Source: an uncultured virus (IMG/VR IMGVR_UViG_3300000115_000011) (taxonomy: Duplodnaviria; Heunggongvirae; Uroviricota; Caudoviricetes). From it: DNA of 20,000 nucleotides. Each line of letters begins with the position of its first letter. Within the stretch, counting starts at the first letter, position 1. Location: IMG/VR virus record IMGVR_UViG_3300000115_000011. The stretch is one strand, 5' to 3'. Below the pieces are notes generated by a model. That model was not told where the DNA came from. It ran no database searches and was given only the letters and a program-made list of their open reading frames with translations. The translations under genes and the position numbers were made by a program. This document shows positions 1-8,952 of this stretch, piece by piece.

Positions 1-3000
1 CTGCGGTTGGAATATCAGAAACAGATTGAACCACTTCAACTGAGTGCCCAAGCTTACTCATGTTTGCTAATACAGAATTACCTACCCACTTCTGAACATC
101 TTTAACAGACTTACTTGAAAGACCTCTAGCCTTTTCACTGACTGACTGACGAGAGTAGACCACACCTCTGTCGTTGAGGTCAGTAGCTATTGCCTTAGCA
201 TGCGCTGTCTGCCAGACGTAGAAGAACGTTTCATTATTCCTGCTCTTAGGTGTAATGAAAGCACTTTCATTTCCCTTTTTGTCTAAGGGAAGTATCCTTC
301 TTAGAGTGGCCTCAATAGACGCCTTATTAGCAGGAGTGGCTGTAAGGCTTAAATACTTTTTACCCTTGGCAGTCTCAGCTGTAATAGGATTAGCGCCATG
401 CCGCTTCAGCTCTTCTATGTAGGTGTCACCAGCCTCTGGTTTAATAGCTGGCTTGACCTCAACTGAACCGAGGTCGCCTCCTCTGGCCTTAACTGCTTCT
501 ATTTGCTGTGGCGTCAACCCACCTGAACCATCACCTTCAAGGTCATAAACAGTTCCATCGTCATCCGCTACTCTGTTACCATCTCCGTCTTTAGTCCCTT
601 CCCACTCAAACGAATCAAAGATACTTGGCTCACCGCTCGAACTCAACAGTGTGTTAAGTTTGCGTTTAACCACTAATGATTTGTGCTCATCACCTATGCC
701 ACCTTCCAGATTAACCACATGAACGACTGAAGCAGACTGGGTATTCTTTCTTGAGACTCGACCAATTAACTGAACCACTTTATCACCAGACCAGTTCTTG
801 GTGACCATGATAAGTGAACGAGGAGTATCTCCTACAACGTCATCCAAGTTGATTCCAGTACCACCAGAAGCAGCAGTTATTAAAGCAACGGGAGCCTTTC
901 CTTCTTGGAATTCTGCTACGTTTTCTTTACGCTCATCTGTGGTGTCTCCCGTAAGCTCCGTATAGTTTATTCCCTCAGAATCCAAGCGCTCTTTCATCAA
1001 GCCGATGAACCCCATAATTTTCTTATCATCTAAGCCTTTAATAGTTAAATCGTTACTGACAGTCTCCGCTGCTACAATAACTTGTTTACCGTTAGCAAGA
1101 TCTTCTTTAAGCTGTTCTACTGTTGCGTCTAGCTTGAGGTGCTCTTCCCACCTTACGAACTCATTGATCCTTTGGCCCTTCATCGTACTAGGATTGCCTT
1201 TAGCAGCCATCTCTGACGACCACCATCTATCCATCTCACTTTGCTCGATCCTTGATTCTTCTGTCATCTGAACATTAATGTCATTGGTTGTGCCAAAGAA
1301 AGGGTAGTACCGCTTGAGCATACGTCCTGACTTAATGACAAAATCTCTCATCTCAGCTACTTTTTCCAAAGCCCTCTTAGGAGAAACACCCTTCTTTAGC
1401 ACCACCTCTTTTGGCCCTTCTATATATAGGCCAGATTTAGTCTTCACCTTCTTACCAGTGGCCAGCTTATGACCTAACCGATCAAGCGCTTTCTCATATG
1501 TCTCACCTGTTATTTGCGCCCACATGTTAGCACCAGATGAAGCACGATCCATTGGTGTAGCTGTAACGTAAACTACTTTTTCTTTCCTTAGCCCACGACT
1601 TGCCTTAGCTTGAATGGTGTCGTAGTTCTTTAGGTTATGAGCCTCATCAAATAAAACCATACCCCAGTCTTGGTCGAACTCAGAATTTACTGCGTTCCCT
1701 TTCTTGCCGTCCTTAAAACTATTGTATGTTCCCGTCTTAAACTGGTTCATGTCGATGCCCATAATCGCAGCATCTTCAGCAAAGTTCTTTTTGAGAATCT
1801 CGGGCTTCTCAGAAATTATTAGAACCTTCTTACCTGTAGACTTTTTGTATTGATCAGCTATGGCTAGAATTTGTCGGGTCTTACCAAAGCCCGTACCATC
1901 CGCTAACAAGAACCCTTTGTAGTTTTTTTCCATCATAGATGACAACGCTAGATCAACACCCATACGTTGCCCTGCATCTAACGAATCAGCATAGACAGAT
2001 GAGTGATCATTTATAGTTGCACGATCTGGAATAATATCAGGTCTTACTTCGACAGCTGGCAGTCTACCCTTAGCAAGATTTGTCTCTGTTGCTATTCTTT
2101 GTGTAGGTATTCCTACCAAGGTTCTAGATGGATCTCCCAAGTTTCTAGATGGCTTGGACTCAGCTACGATGACCTTCCTTTGTTCATCTAATTGTTCTAT
2201 TTGAACAGCTTCTATGGCCTCAGCTTGAGCAGCTTGAGCAGCTTCAGCAGCCACACGGATCTTAGTTTGAGCAGCTACGTTAGCCAGTAATGCTTCCATA
2301 GAAGCATCGAGGCCATCTTCTGATGCTGGCACATTGAACTTGATGTCATCAATCTTTCCATTTACTTGGAGAGAAGTTTCCACATCAGCCTCAGTAAACT
2401 GCTTACCGAAACTCTGCAACGTCCTGCGAACATCTGCCTTGGTGTAGTGCTCATAGAAGCCCACCTTACGGAGTGCCTTCATGACGTATGAAACAATCGC
2501 ATCCCAAGCTTTACCAAACTTAGATTGATCTGCCTCTTCAGCTACTCGTGCAAAAACTTCTTCAGCAATAGAAGACTCTATGCTCTCGTCAGTAGCTCCC
2601 TGATTTTTCCAACCATCAATGTAAGGCTTATATCTGGTACGAACATTATCAAAAATGAGAGTCATTTCTTTGTTCTGACCTTCTGCCTTAGACACCCTGT
2701 TTAATATATCCATCTTCTCTTCAAGAGTAGTAAAGACAGACAAGCCATAGTGGGCAAGGATTTCGTGGCGCAGAACAGACTCAAGTTCAGCCGTGTTATT
2801 AATTCCAGCAGCGTTTAGCGTCACTACTTTATTCTTTAGGCTACCGACAGCTGCACCGTCAGGCACAGGTGTGTTGATTATGTTGTACTTAATATCAGGT
2901 ATGCCGTTGTACTTAGCTTCAAAATTATTTATGACTGATTGCACAGACGCAACAGACATACCATTCGTATTTCTTAGCTGACTTCTAGATACAAATTTCC

Positions 3001-6000
3001 GCCCAAGAATATCTGCGACATCAAATATGTCATCTATATCAGAATTAGTAATACCACTGGCGGGTTTAGATTTTTTGACTACAACGCCTAATTCAACTAA
3101 CGCCTTTTCTATCTTTGGGATAAGCGCCTTCGCGGCTTTGCGATCCGCAGCATTAAGCGTAGTATCTTTTGAATTAGACTTCGCATCTTTTAAACCTAAT
3201 TGCAGCTGATCTATCTGATCTTGATCTGCGGTTGCGTCAGCAGGGTCTATCTCAATCTCTGGATCAGTGTTATCCGCATAGCCATTCAAGTCTCCCCAGT
3301 CTTGTTCATCATCAATCGTGAGATCTTCATCAGCAGTAAGGGTTGTTTCACCCAAAAATTCTTTAATAGGATCTGTGTTGCTAACAGTAAATGTTTCAGA
3401 TTCAGCTTCAGCTTCAGCTTCAGTTTCATCGACTGTCTTTGCTTTTGTGGGTAGAGGCGGAAGGTCTGGGTCTGAGGCTATGACCTCTAACTGCTGCATT
3501 ATATCTTCAGTAGTTAGACCATCATCAGCCTTAGTCTTTTTACCCTGTCTTACAGGTGCTCTACCAGCTTCCTCAATGGCAGCGTCTTCCTCCTGTTCTT
3601 CTTGTATTGCAGCGTCACTTCTTAAATCGTTTTCACGTTCCAACTTAACCTTCGCCTGAAACAAAGCTTTGGTTGGATTAATAACGTGGACAGCTCCATC
3701 AACCTCACCATCACGGAAGTAAAGAGCTTGGTTCTTAAGCTTCCCCCGTACTGATTGTGAGTTAGCCTTGGAAACTTTAATACCAACAAGCAGCCCCGTA
3801 TCTCCATCACTTAATACGTCTTCCTTTCCTTTTGCTTTCTTATGGCTACTTAAGAATTCATTGATAGCCGATGTGTCCCCCATCAAAGTCACAGACCCAT
3901 CATCATTCTCTATCGAATCAAACTTGCTTACTGAATTGAACATGATGGATACTGCTTCAAGCCTATCCTTACCCTCTTCTAGCTCGAACTTACCTTTCTG
4001 TTCCCCACTTGCAAGCAATGCGTTAACAGTGTTGATGCGTAGGTTTGCAAATTCAGTTGCGGCTATTAAGGTGTCTGATTTTCCATCAGAATCAACATCA
4101 AGTAGTTCGCTTATGTTTTCCTCAGTGAGAGCCTCCATGCTATCCCCTTTGATGTAATCAAATAGGGGATCACTCTTGCGTGTAAGCATAAAGAGTTGGG
4201 GTTGGTTAGGGTATTTCTCGCTAGGAGTTTGGGCTAGGACGTAAGGTAATCCGCTATTCTCAATATTCTCTTGAAGGTTATTTCTAGGCTCAGTAACAGC
4301 AACGTCTGTAGAAGCAGCTTCCTCGGACTTACCTACTGTGTCCATCCTGCTAACAGAAGTGACTACAAAGAAGTCATCAGATACCTGTGATTTCTGAACG
4401 TCATAAGCACTGTTAGATCCGATTGTTTTTAATGCGTTCTCAGCAGACGTCTTATTGTCGTATGCCATCGGTTCATCTGTGCGCATTTTCTTTGAAGGGA
4501 TCAAAGCGTCAAGAACAAATGACTTCTGCTCTCCAAACAAACCAAGGGTAGCTGTAGGACGATAGAGTCCCAATCCCTTTCGTTCAAGATCCTTAGCCTC
4601 TTCCACAGCCGCATCCTGCGTTGCAAAGACTTGAGCATAAACATCATCAGTGCCCTTCTCCCCCACATAAAGAGCAAGCTTTAAACCATCACCCCTTACT
4701 ACAAACTGGAGAACCCTATCATCGTTAACTAGATCTGATGGATCATTGTTTGATGTTGATCCTACATCCTTTAAATCGAACGCTACTTCCGCAGCTGCTT
4801 TAGCCACAACCTCAGTTGTATCTTGCACCGGATCATCCGGACTTGAATCAACAACTTCATTTGTACTAACTGGGTCTTCAACTTCGTTAACATCTGTATT
4901 ACCTTCAAATAAATCATTAGCTTGTGGGTTTTGTACTGGGTCTGCCTGAGTGGTTAAGCTTACGCCACCATCGAGGCTGAACCCGTCAACCTCTCGGTCA
5001 ACTTGGTCTTTAGTTTCACCTGCATCAAGGTCTCGATCTGCTTTGGTAGCAAGGTCTTCTTCGGTTTGAGTGGATAGTTCAAGGGCTGGCGCAGCTACTT
5101 CATCATCTGTAGTTTCTGCTACCACTGGCGCAGCTACTTCATCATCTGTAGTTTCTGCTACTACTGGTTCAGCTACTTCATCATCTGTAGTTTCTGCTAC
5201 TACTGGCGTAGCTACTTCATTACCTGTGAGTTCTGCAACGAGTGCAGGGTTGGTGTGCCAGTTTTGCCATTCGCGCTTCTGGTCTTTTAGTTCTTCAATC
5301 CTAGCTCTAACCGCTTCAGGATCTTTTACATTAACCCCTTCAGCCTTAGCTAACTCTGGATTATTTGATGCACCTGTAACTGCTGTCAACGTGCGCTGTA
5401 TTTCAGCTTGCTTCTGTACAGCTTTACGCGCTAAATTCTCAGCCTCTTTCATAGCTGAGTCATCAAACCCAAACAGATCCCCACTCTCTTGAGCAGTATC
5501 TCTGGTCATACTGTTGACTGCTTTTACAATATTGACAGACACAGTAATAGACTTGCCTTCTTGTAAGGCTTTGAGTCCAACAGCTTGAAGTGTTTCGTTA
5601 TTAGGTGCGGCTTGGGATACCTGAGTTGCAGCTATGTCACTGATTTGGTCGGCACGATGGGCGGCAACGAGCGCAGGGCTTCCTTCACTCGCAATCGTGT
5701 ATGCTCTTCTCCCTGTTTGCCTTGCCAAAATTCCTTGACGGTCTGCTTCTTCTTCACTGATTTGGGTGCCTTGGATGAACTCGACATAATCTTTTACCGT
5801 CCCTTGACCTTCTCTTATATTTAATAAAACATCCAGCATAGATGCTTGGTCTACCCCGAATCCTTCTGACTCTAGGTGATACTGTGCAGGTATGGTTGTT
5901 TCATTGCTTCGCTTGGCTAGGTCAAGACGATGCCTCCCACTGATAACTTCCTTGCGTCCATCTTCACGCAACCAGATCTGAATAGGTGCAACACCCACCC

Positions 6001-8938
6001 GATCAAACGTGCCACCAAGAGGGTCAACAACTCCTTCATTGTCTGCCCCATCTTTAAATTGAGGTACATCTTCACTTATAGTTATGTCAGATATTAGCAC
6101 TTCAACTACTTGCTGTCCTCCAGCCTGAAACTCTTCCGTTGGCTCCTCAATAACAGCTTCATCAATCTCTTCTAGTACAGCTTTATTACCTTTGGTTTTC
6201 TTACCAGCAGCAGATTTCTTAGCACTCGCGTCAGTGGTTTTATCTGCCTTTGGTACTGTCTTCTTTGGTGGTGTTGGATCAGGGTCTGGCTCTGGCTCTG
6301 GCTCTGGTTGGGTAGCCTCAACTGGCTCTTCAACCGGTTGAGGACTAGGCTTTTTTGCCGTTAAGCTTGGAGCCTTTCCCTTTTGATAGATTGTTTCTTC
6401 CCATACCTCGTAGACTAAAGGCACTACGTTATCGTTAAGTCCTTCAACGTACTCATCGTACATCGCTAACTTAGTAGGCGTTGGACTTGAAAACAAACCC
6501 ATAGCTCGTCCTAACGACTGGATATAATAGTCAGCTGAAGCCTTACCTAACTCCGCATTTATCTTTCTGTATTGTCTTCTGACAGTATTATTAATGGCAG
6601 AGGTCTTGGTTAAGGTCTCAATGTATTCAGTATCTTTAGTAAGGATCTTATTGACAGCTTTACGATTTAACTTCTTATCATCAGGCGTACCATTAGCACG
6701 CAAACTATTCATGTTGTCGCGTACAACACCCTGAAGATCAACCGCAATACCATCCTCTTCTATAGGCTGTAACCTACCGAACAAGTCTGTAGATGCAAAA
6801 GGATTAGTCTCTTGATTGGCAAATACATCGTATAGGTTGTCACCAGTGGCTTCATCCTGTACATCCACACTTGAATCTGGATCTACAGACCCAGCCTCCA
6901 TCTCCCCATACTCTTCTAACTGAGCTTCAGTCACAGCGTCTTCTGCTTCTAACGCTTGCTGCCATCGAGGCACTTCATTTAATGGGGTAGGTGCTAGAGC
7001 ATCGAATTTCTCTTCCATCATCCTGATGCTTTCTTCTTTACGGAAAGCTTGATCAGACCCTACTTCCATTTTCATTAAAGACTTTAGCTCACGAATGATT
7101 GCGTCTTTGTATACGCGCTGCTCATCAAATCTGTCACTGTCTTTATCTGGCTGGACTTTAGACCACTCAAGTATCCGCTTTGTTATAGCTGGGTTTGATG
7201 CAGGAGCTGTGGGTGCAGAAGTCTCTATCCCAAGATCAACCGGTGTTGATGGTAGTATCTCGTCTAAGTTATTTATCTCATCTTGAATACTAGCGATACG
7301 ATCAGTAGCAGCCTTACGCGCTTCAGGGGCAAGCTTACGATTCTTTGACTGAGCTAATGCTATATCTAAAGCTATCTGCAAATCAGCTCTGTAGTTAGCC
7401 TTTTCAGTAGACTCTTCAACAGGACTTAAAGCACGCGCATTCGCAGCGGCTGCTTGAGGACTAGAACCTACTTGTTCTTCAACCCTAGCCTTTACAGCTT
7501 CGTCACTAGCATCCTCTGGCATTGGCGCTGTAGAAGAATCTTCTAAACGGTCTGGTGCTTTTGGATCTACAGCCTCAGTATCTCCTACTAAATCCAGTCC
7601 TTCTTCTGCTACTGACTCAGTTGGCCCATCTTTTAATGCCTGAAGAGTTTCATCCAACTCTGATTGTTCTTTTGCTGCCCGTCTTTCCTGTTGGAATAGA
7701 TACTCTTGCTGGTCTCCATATCCGGGCATGTCTTTTTCTTTAGTGATGCCAGTCATTTTAGACCCAATGCCACCAACAGCAGACATCGATCCACCAGAAC
7801 TAGCACCAAACAAAGTACCAGTTAAGGCTTCATTGGCCACGTTATCCATGGGCTGAACTGACCTATCAGCATTTTTATTCACAGCTTGGTTAGTTAGATA
7901 AGCTTGACCACCTGATTCAACAAGCTCCTGAGTACCCTCAATGGCTGCACCCTTTAAGGCTCTCTTGGTAATTCCACCGCTTACCCTACCTAAGACGTTG
8001 TTCAAGAACATTGGGCCAAGAATACCCATACTCACTGCACCTAGGCTGAATCCATCAGCAAAGCCATCGTCACTAGCTGCTTCAGCAACAAAAACTCGAG
8101 CTTGTTCTGCTATCTCTTCATGAGTAGCCTCAGTCCCCTCAGCTTTGTATGTATCAGCAATCTTCCAGTAAGCGGCCTGATAAGCTGGGTGTTTGTTTAG
8201 CTCCTCTGTTGAAGCATTATAAGCCTTATTGTAAGCCTCTTGCTTTGAACCACCACCAATACCTATTCCACCCATACCAGCCATAGCAGCAGCTTGCGGT
8301 ACCTTCCCAGCAGGAAGATTCAATGCAGCTTTTCTCGCCACACTAGGCATGACTAGACCACCTGCTGCTCGACCAGCTTTGCTAATTCCCTTCGCAACCA
8401 AACCACCCCCAAGCATATAGGGTACGGACGATGCGACTCCTGCAACTGTGTTTAACAATCCACCAACAAGTGTTGAACCCTCAGTAAATTTAGGCATGCC
8501 ATCAGGCCCAAGTTCAACCCCTGTGTTCTGCATCTGAGTTCTATTTGACTCAGACATTTGAGAATACTGTTCGTCAGCTTGTTCTTTCAGATAGTTAGCA
8601 ATGGTTCCTGCTGTTTCTGATTCTTCTCCAGTAGCCCACTTGGTTAAACCACTGATTCCTTCAGCCATGCTAGAGCCAACATTGAGCAAACTAGCTTGTG
8701 ATACGTCAACCGCATCCAGCCCAAATTGCCCCCAGTCAGTACCATTATCTTCCTGCTGTGGCTGTGCCTGCTGAGCTTGAACTGGTTCGCCAGTGTCATT
8801 AAAAATAGGCATGAACTGGTCAAATGATATTTGCTGTAGTTCTTTATCTTGGTCGTAAACCATCCGACCTAGATCCATGGCAGAAACATTCTGATACTGA
8901 GGGTTCTGACGCATCTGTGATAAATACAATGAAGACAT
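1..8938 (-). CDS. Giant polyvalent (probably virion-ejected) protein, at least 2979 aa, 3'-truncated: Gly/Ala-rich ejection-like N-terminus, ParB/Srx-like domain, zincin metallopeptidase, Strawberry-notch-like SF2 helicase
   Basis: ATG at 8938 (MSSLYLSQMRQNPQY), 14 nt after the stop of the upstream gene. Absent from the ORF track, consistent with no in-frame stop before the edge. Manual translation puts all motifs in one frame: EVISGRHRL (SGRHR 5927-5941), LRHEILAHYGL (HEILAH 2750-2767), GFLLADGTGFGKT (1877-1915), DEAH (1637-1648), TATP (1553-1564), QLIGRVSR (749-772), and VEVVQSVSDIPTA at the edge. Confidence 0.93.
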   Translation of the reverse strand, partial: MSSLYLSQMRQNPQYQNVSAMDLGRMVYDQDKELQQISFDQFMPIFNDTGEPVQAQQAQPQQEDNGTDWGQFGLDAVDVSQASLLNVGSSMAEGISGLTKWATGEESETAGTIANYLKEQADEQYSQMSESNRTQMQNTGVELGPDGMPKFTEGSTLVGGLLNTVAGVASSVPYMLGGGLVAKGISKAGRAAGGLVMPSVARKAALNLPAGKVPQAAAMAGMGGIGIGGGSKQEAYNKAYNASTEELNKHPAYQAAYWKIADTYKAEGTEATHEEIAEQARVFVAEAASDDGFADGFSLGAVSMGILGPMFLNNVLGRVSGGITKRALKGAAIEGTQELVESGGQAYLTNQAVNKNADRSVQPMDNVANEALTGTLFGASSGGSMSAVGGIGSKMTGITKEKDMPGYGDQQEYLFQQERRAAKEQSELDETLQALKDGPTESVAEEGLDLVGDTEAVDPKAPDRLEDSSTAPMPEDASDEAVKARVEEQVGSSPQAAAANARALSPVEESTEKANYRADLQIALDIALAQSKNRKLAPEARKAATDRIASIQDEINNLDEILPSTPVDLGIETSAPTAPASNPAITKRILEWSKVQPDKDSDRFDEQRVYKDAIIRELKSLMKMEVGSDQAFRKEESIRMMEEKFDALAPTPLNEVPRWQQALEAEDAVTEAQLEEYGEMEAGSVDPDSSVDVQDEATGDNLYDVFANQETNPFASTDLFGRLQPIEEDGIAVDLQGVVRDNMNSLRANGTPDDKKLNRKAVNKILTKDTEYIETLTKTSAINNTVRRQYRKINAELGKASADYYIQSLGRAMGLFSSPTPTKLAMYDEYVEGLNDNVVPLVYEVWEETIYQKGKAPSLTAKKPSPQPVEEPVEATQPEPEPEPDPDPTPPKKTVPKADKTTDASAKKSAAGKKTKGNKAVLEEIDEAVIEEPTEEFQAGGQQVVEVLISDITISEDVPQFKDGADNEGVVDPLGGTFDRVGVAPIQIWLREDGRKEVISGRHRLDLAKRSNETTIPAQYHLESEGFGVDQASMLDVLLNIREGQGTVKDYVEFIQGTQISEEEADRQGILARQTGRRAYTIASEGSPALVAAHRADQISDIAATQVSQAAPNNETLQAVGLKALQEGKSITVSVNIVKAVNSMTRDTAQESGDLFGFDDSAMKEAENLARKAVQKQAEIQRTLTAVTGASNNPELAKAEGVNVKDPEAVRARIEELKDQKREWQNWHTNPALVAELTGNEVATPVVAETTDDEVAEPVVAETTDDEVAAPVVAETTDDEVAAPALELSTQTEEDLATKADRDLDAGETKDQVDREVDGFSLDGGVSLTTQADPVQNPQANDLFEGNTDVNEVEDPVSTNEVVDSSPDDPVQDTTEVVAKAAAEVAFDLKDVGSTSNNDPSDLVNDDRVLQFVVRGDGLKLALYVGEKGTDDVYAQVFATQDAAVEEAKDLERKGLGLYRPTATLGLFGEQKSFVLDALIPSKKMRTDEPMAYDNKTSAENALKTIGSNSAYDVQKSQVSDDFFVVTSVSRMDTVGKSEEAASTDVAVTEPRNNLQENIENSGLPYVLAQTPSEKYPNQPQLFMLTRKSDPLFDYIKGDSMEALTEENISELLDVDSDGKSDTLIAATEFANLRINTVNALLASGEQKGKFELEEGKDRLEAVSIMFNSVSKFDSIENDDGSVTLMGDTSAINEFLSSHKKAKGKEDVLSDGDTGLLVGIKVSKANSQSVRGKLKNQALYFRDGEVDGAVHVINPTKALFQAKVKLERENDLRSDAAIQEEQEEDAAIEEAGRAPVRQGKKTKADDGLTTEDIMQQLEVIASDPDLPPLPTKAKTVDETEAEAEAESETFTVSNTDPIKEFLGETTLTADEDLTIDDEQDWGDLNGYADNTDPEIEIDPADATADQDQIDQLQLGLKDAKSNSKDTTLNAADRKAAKALIPKIEKALVELGVVVKKSKPASGITNSDIDDIFDVADILGRKFVSRSQLRNTNGMSVASVQSVINNFEAKYNGIPDIKYNIINTPVPDGAAVGSLKNKVVTLNAAGINNTAELESVLRHEILAHYGLSVFTTLEEKMDILNRVSKAEGQNKEMTLIFDNVRTRYKPYIDGWKNQGATDESIESSIAEEVFARVAEEADQSKFGKAWDAIVSYVMKALRKVGFYEHYTKADVRRTLQSFGKQFTEADVETSLQVNGKIDDIKFNVPASEDGLDASMEALLANVAAQTKIRVAAEAAQAAQAEAIEAVQIEQLDEQRKVIVAESKPSRNLGDPSRTLVGIPTQRIATETNLAKGRLPAVEVRPDIIPDRATINDHSSVYADSLDAGQRMGVDLALSSMMEKNYKGFLLADGTGFGKTRQILAIADQYKKSTGKKVLIISEKPEILKKNFAEDAAIMGIDMNQFKTGTYNSFKDGKKGNAVNSEFDQDWGMVLFDEAHNLKNYDTIQAKASRGLRKEKVVYVTATPMDRASSGANMWAQITGETYEKALDRLGHKLATGKKVKTKSGLYIEGPKEVVLKKGVSPKRALEKVAEMRDFVIKSGRMLKRYYPFFGTTNDINVQMTEESRIEQSEMDRWWSSEMAAKGNPSTMKGQRINEFVRWEEHLKLDATVEQLKEDLANGKQVIVAAETVSNDLTIKGLDDKKIMGFIGLMKERLDSEGINYTELTGDTTDERKENVAEFQEGKAPVALITAASGGTGINLDDVVGDTPRSLIMVTKNWSGDKVVQLIGRVSRKNTQSASVVHVVNLEGGIGDEHKSLVVKRKLNTLLSSSGEPSIFDSFEWEGTKDGDGNRVADDDGTVYDLEGDGSGGLTPQQIEAVKARGGDLGSVEVKPAIKPEAGDTYIEELKRHGANPITAETAKGKKYLSLTATPANKASIEATLRRILPLDKKGNESAFITPKSRNNETFFYVWQTAHAKAIATDLNDRGVVYSRQSVSEKARGLSSKSVKDVQKWVGNSVLANMSKLGHSVEVVQSVSDIPTA
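5086..5220. repeat. Coding tandem repeat, about 3.5 x 39 bp (13-aa unit PVVAETTDDEVAx), acidic linker of the giant protein
   Basis: Units start at 5086, 5125, 5164 and 5203 (ctggcgcagctacttcatcatctgtagtttctgctacya), with few substitutions and no spacers. Confidence 0.95.
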
Positions 8939-8952
8939 AATTTGTTCCAACC

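Noticed and set aside
3622..3810. 62-aa minus-strand ORF
   Set aside because: It lies out of frame inside the giant ORF and has no motif or other support.
5086..5220. 39-bp repeats as a CRISPR array
   Set aside because: The units are head-to-tail without unique spacers, are a multiple of 3 and in frame, and no cas genes are present.
2215..6310. Short microsatellite-like runs (AQAAQA about 2220, EAEAEA about 3400-3425, PEPEPE about 6275-6308)
   Set aside because: These are ordinary in-frame low-complexity linkers, with no evidence for phase variation.
1005..8123. Many short plus-strand ORFs in the track (for example 3768-4157 and 5070-5492)
   Set aside because: They are Ser/Leu/Phe-rich antisense shadows of the giant minus-strand ORF, with no recognisable motifs.
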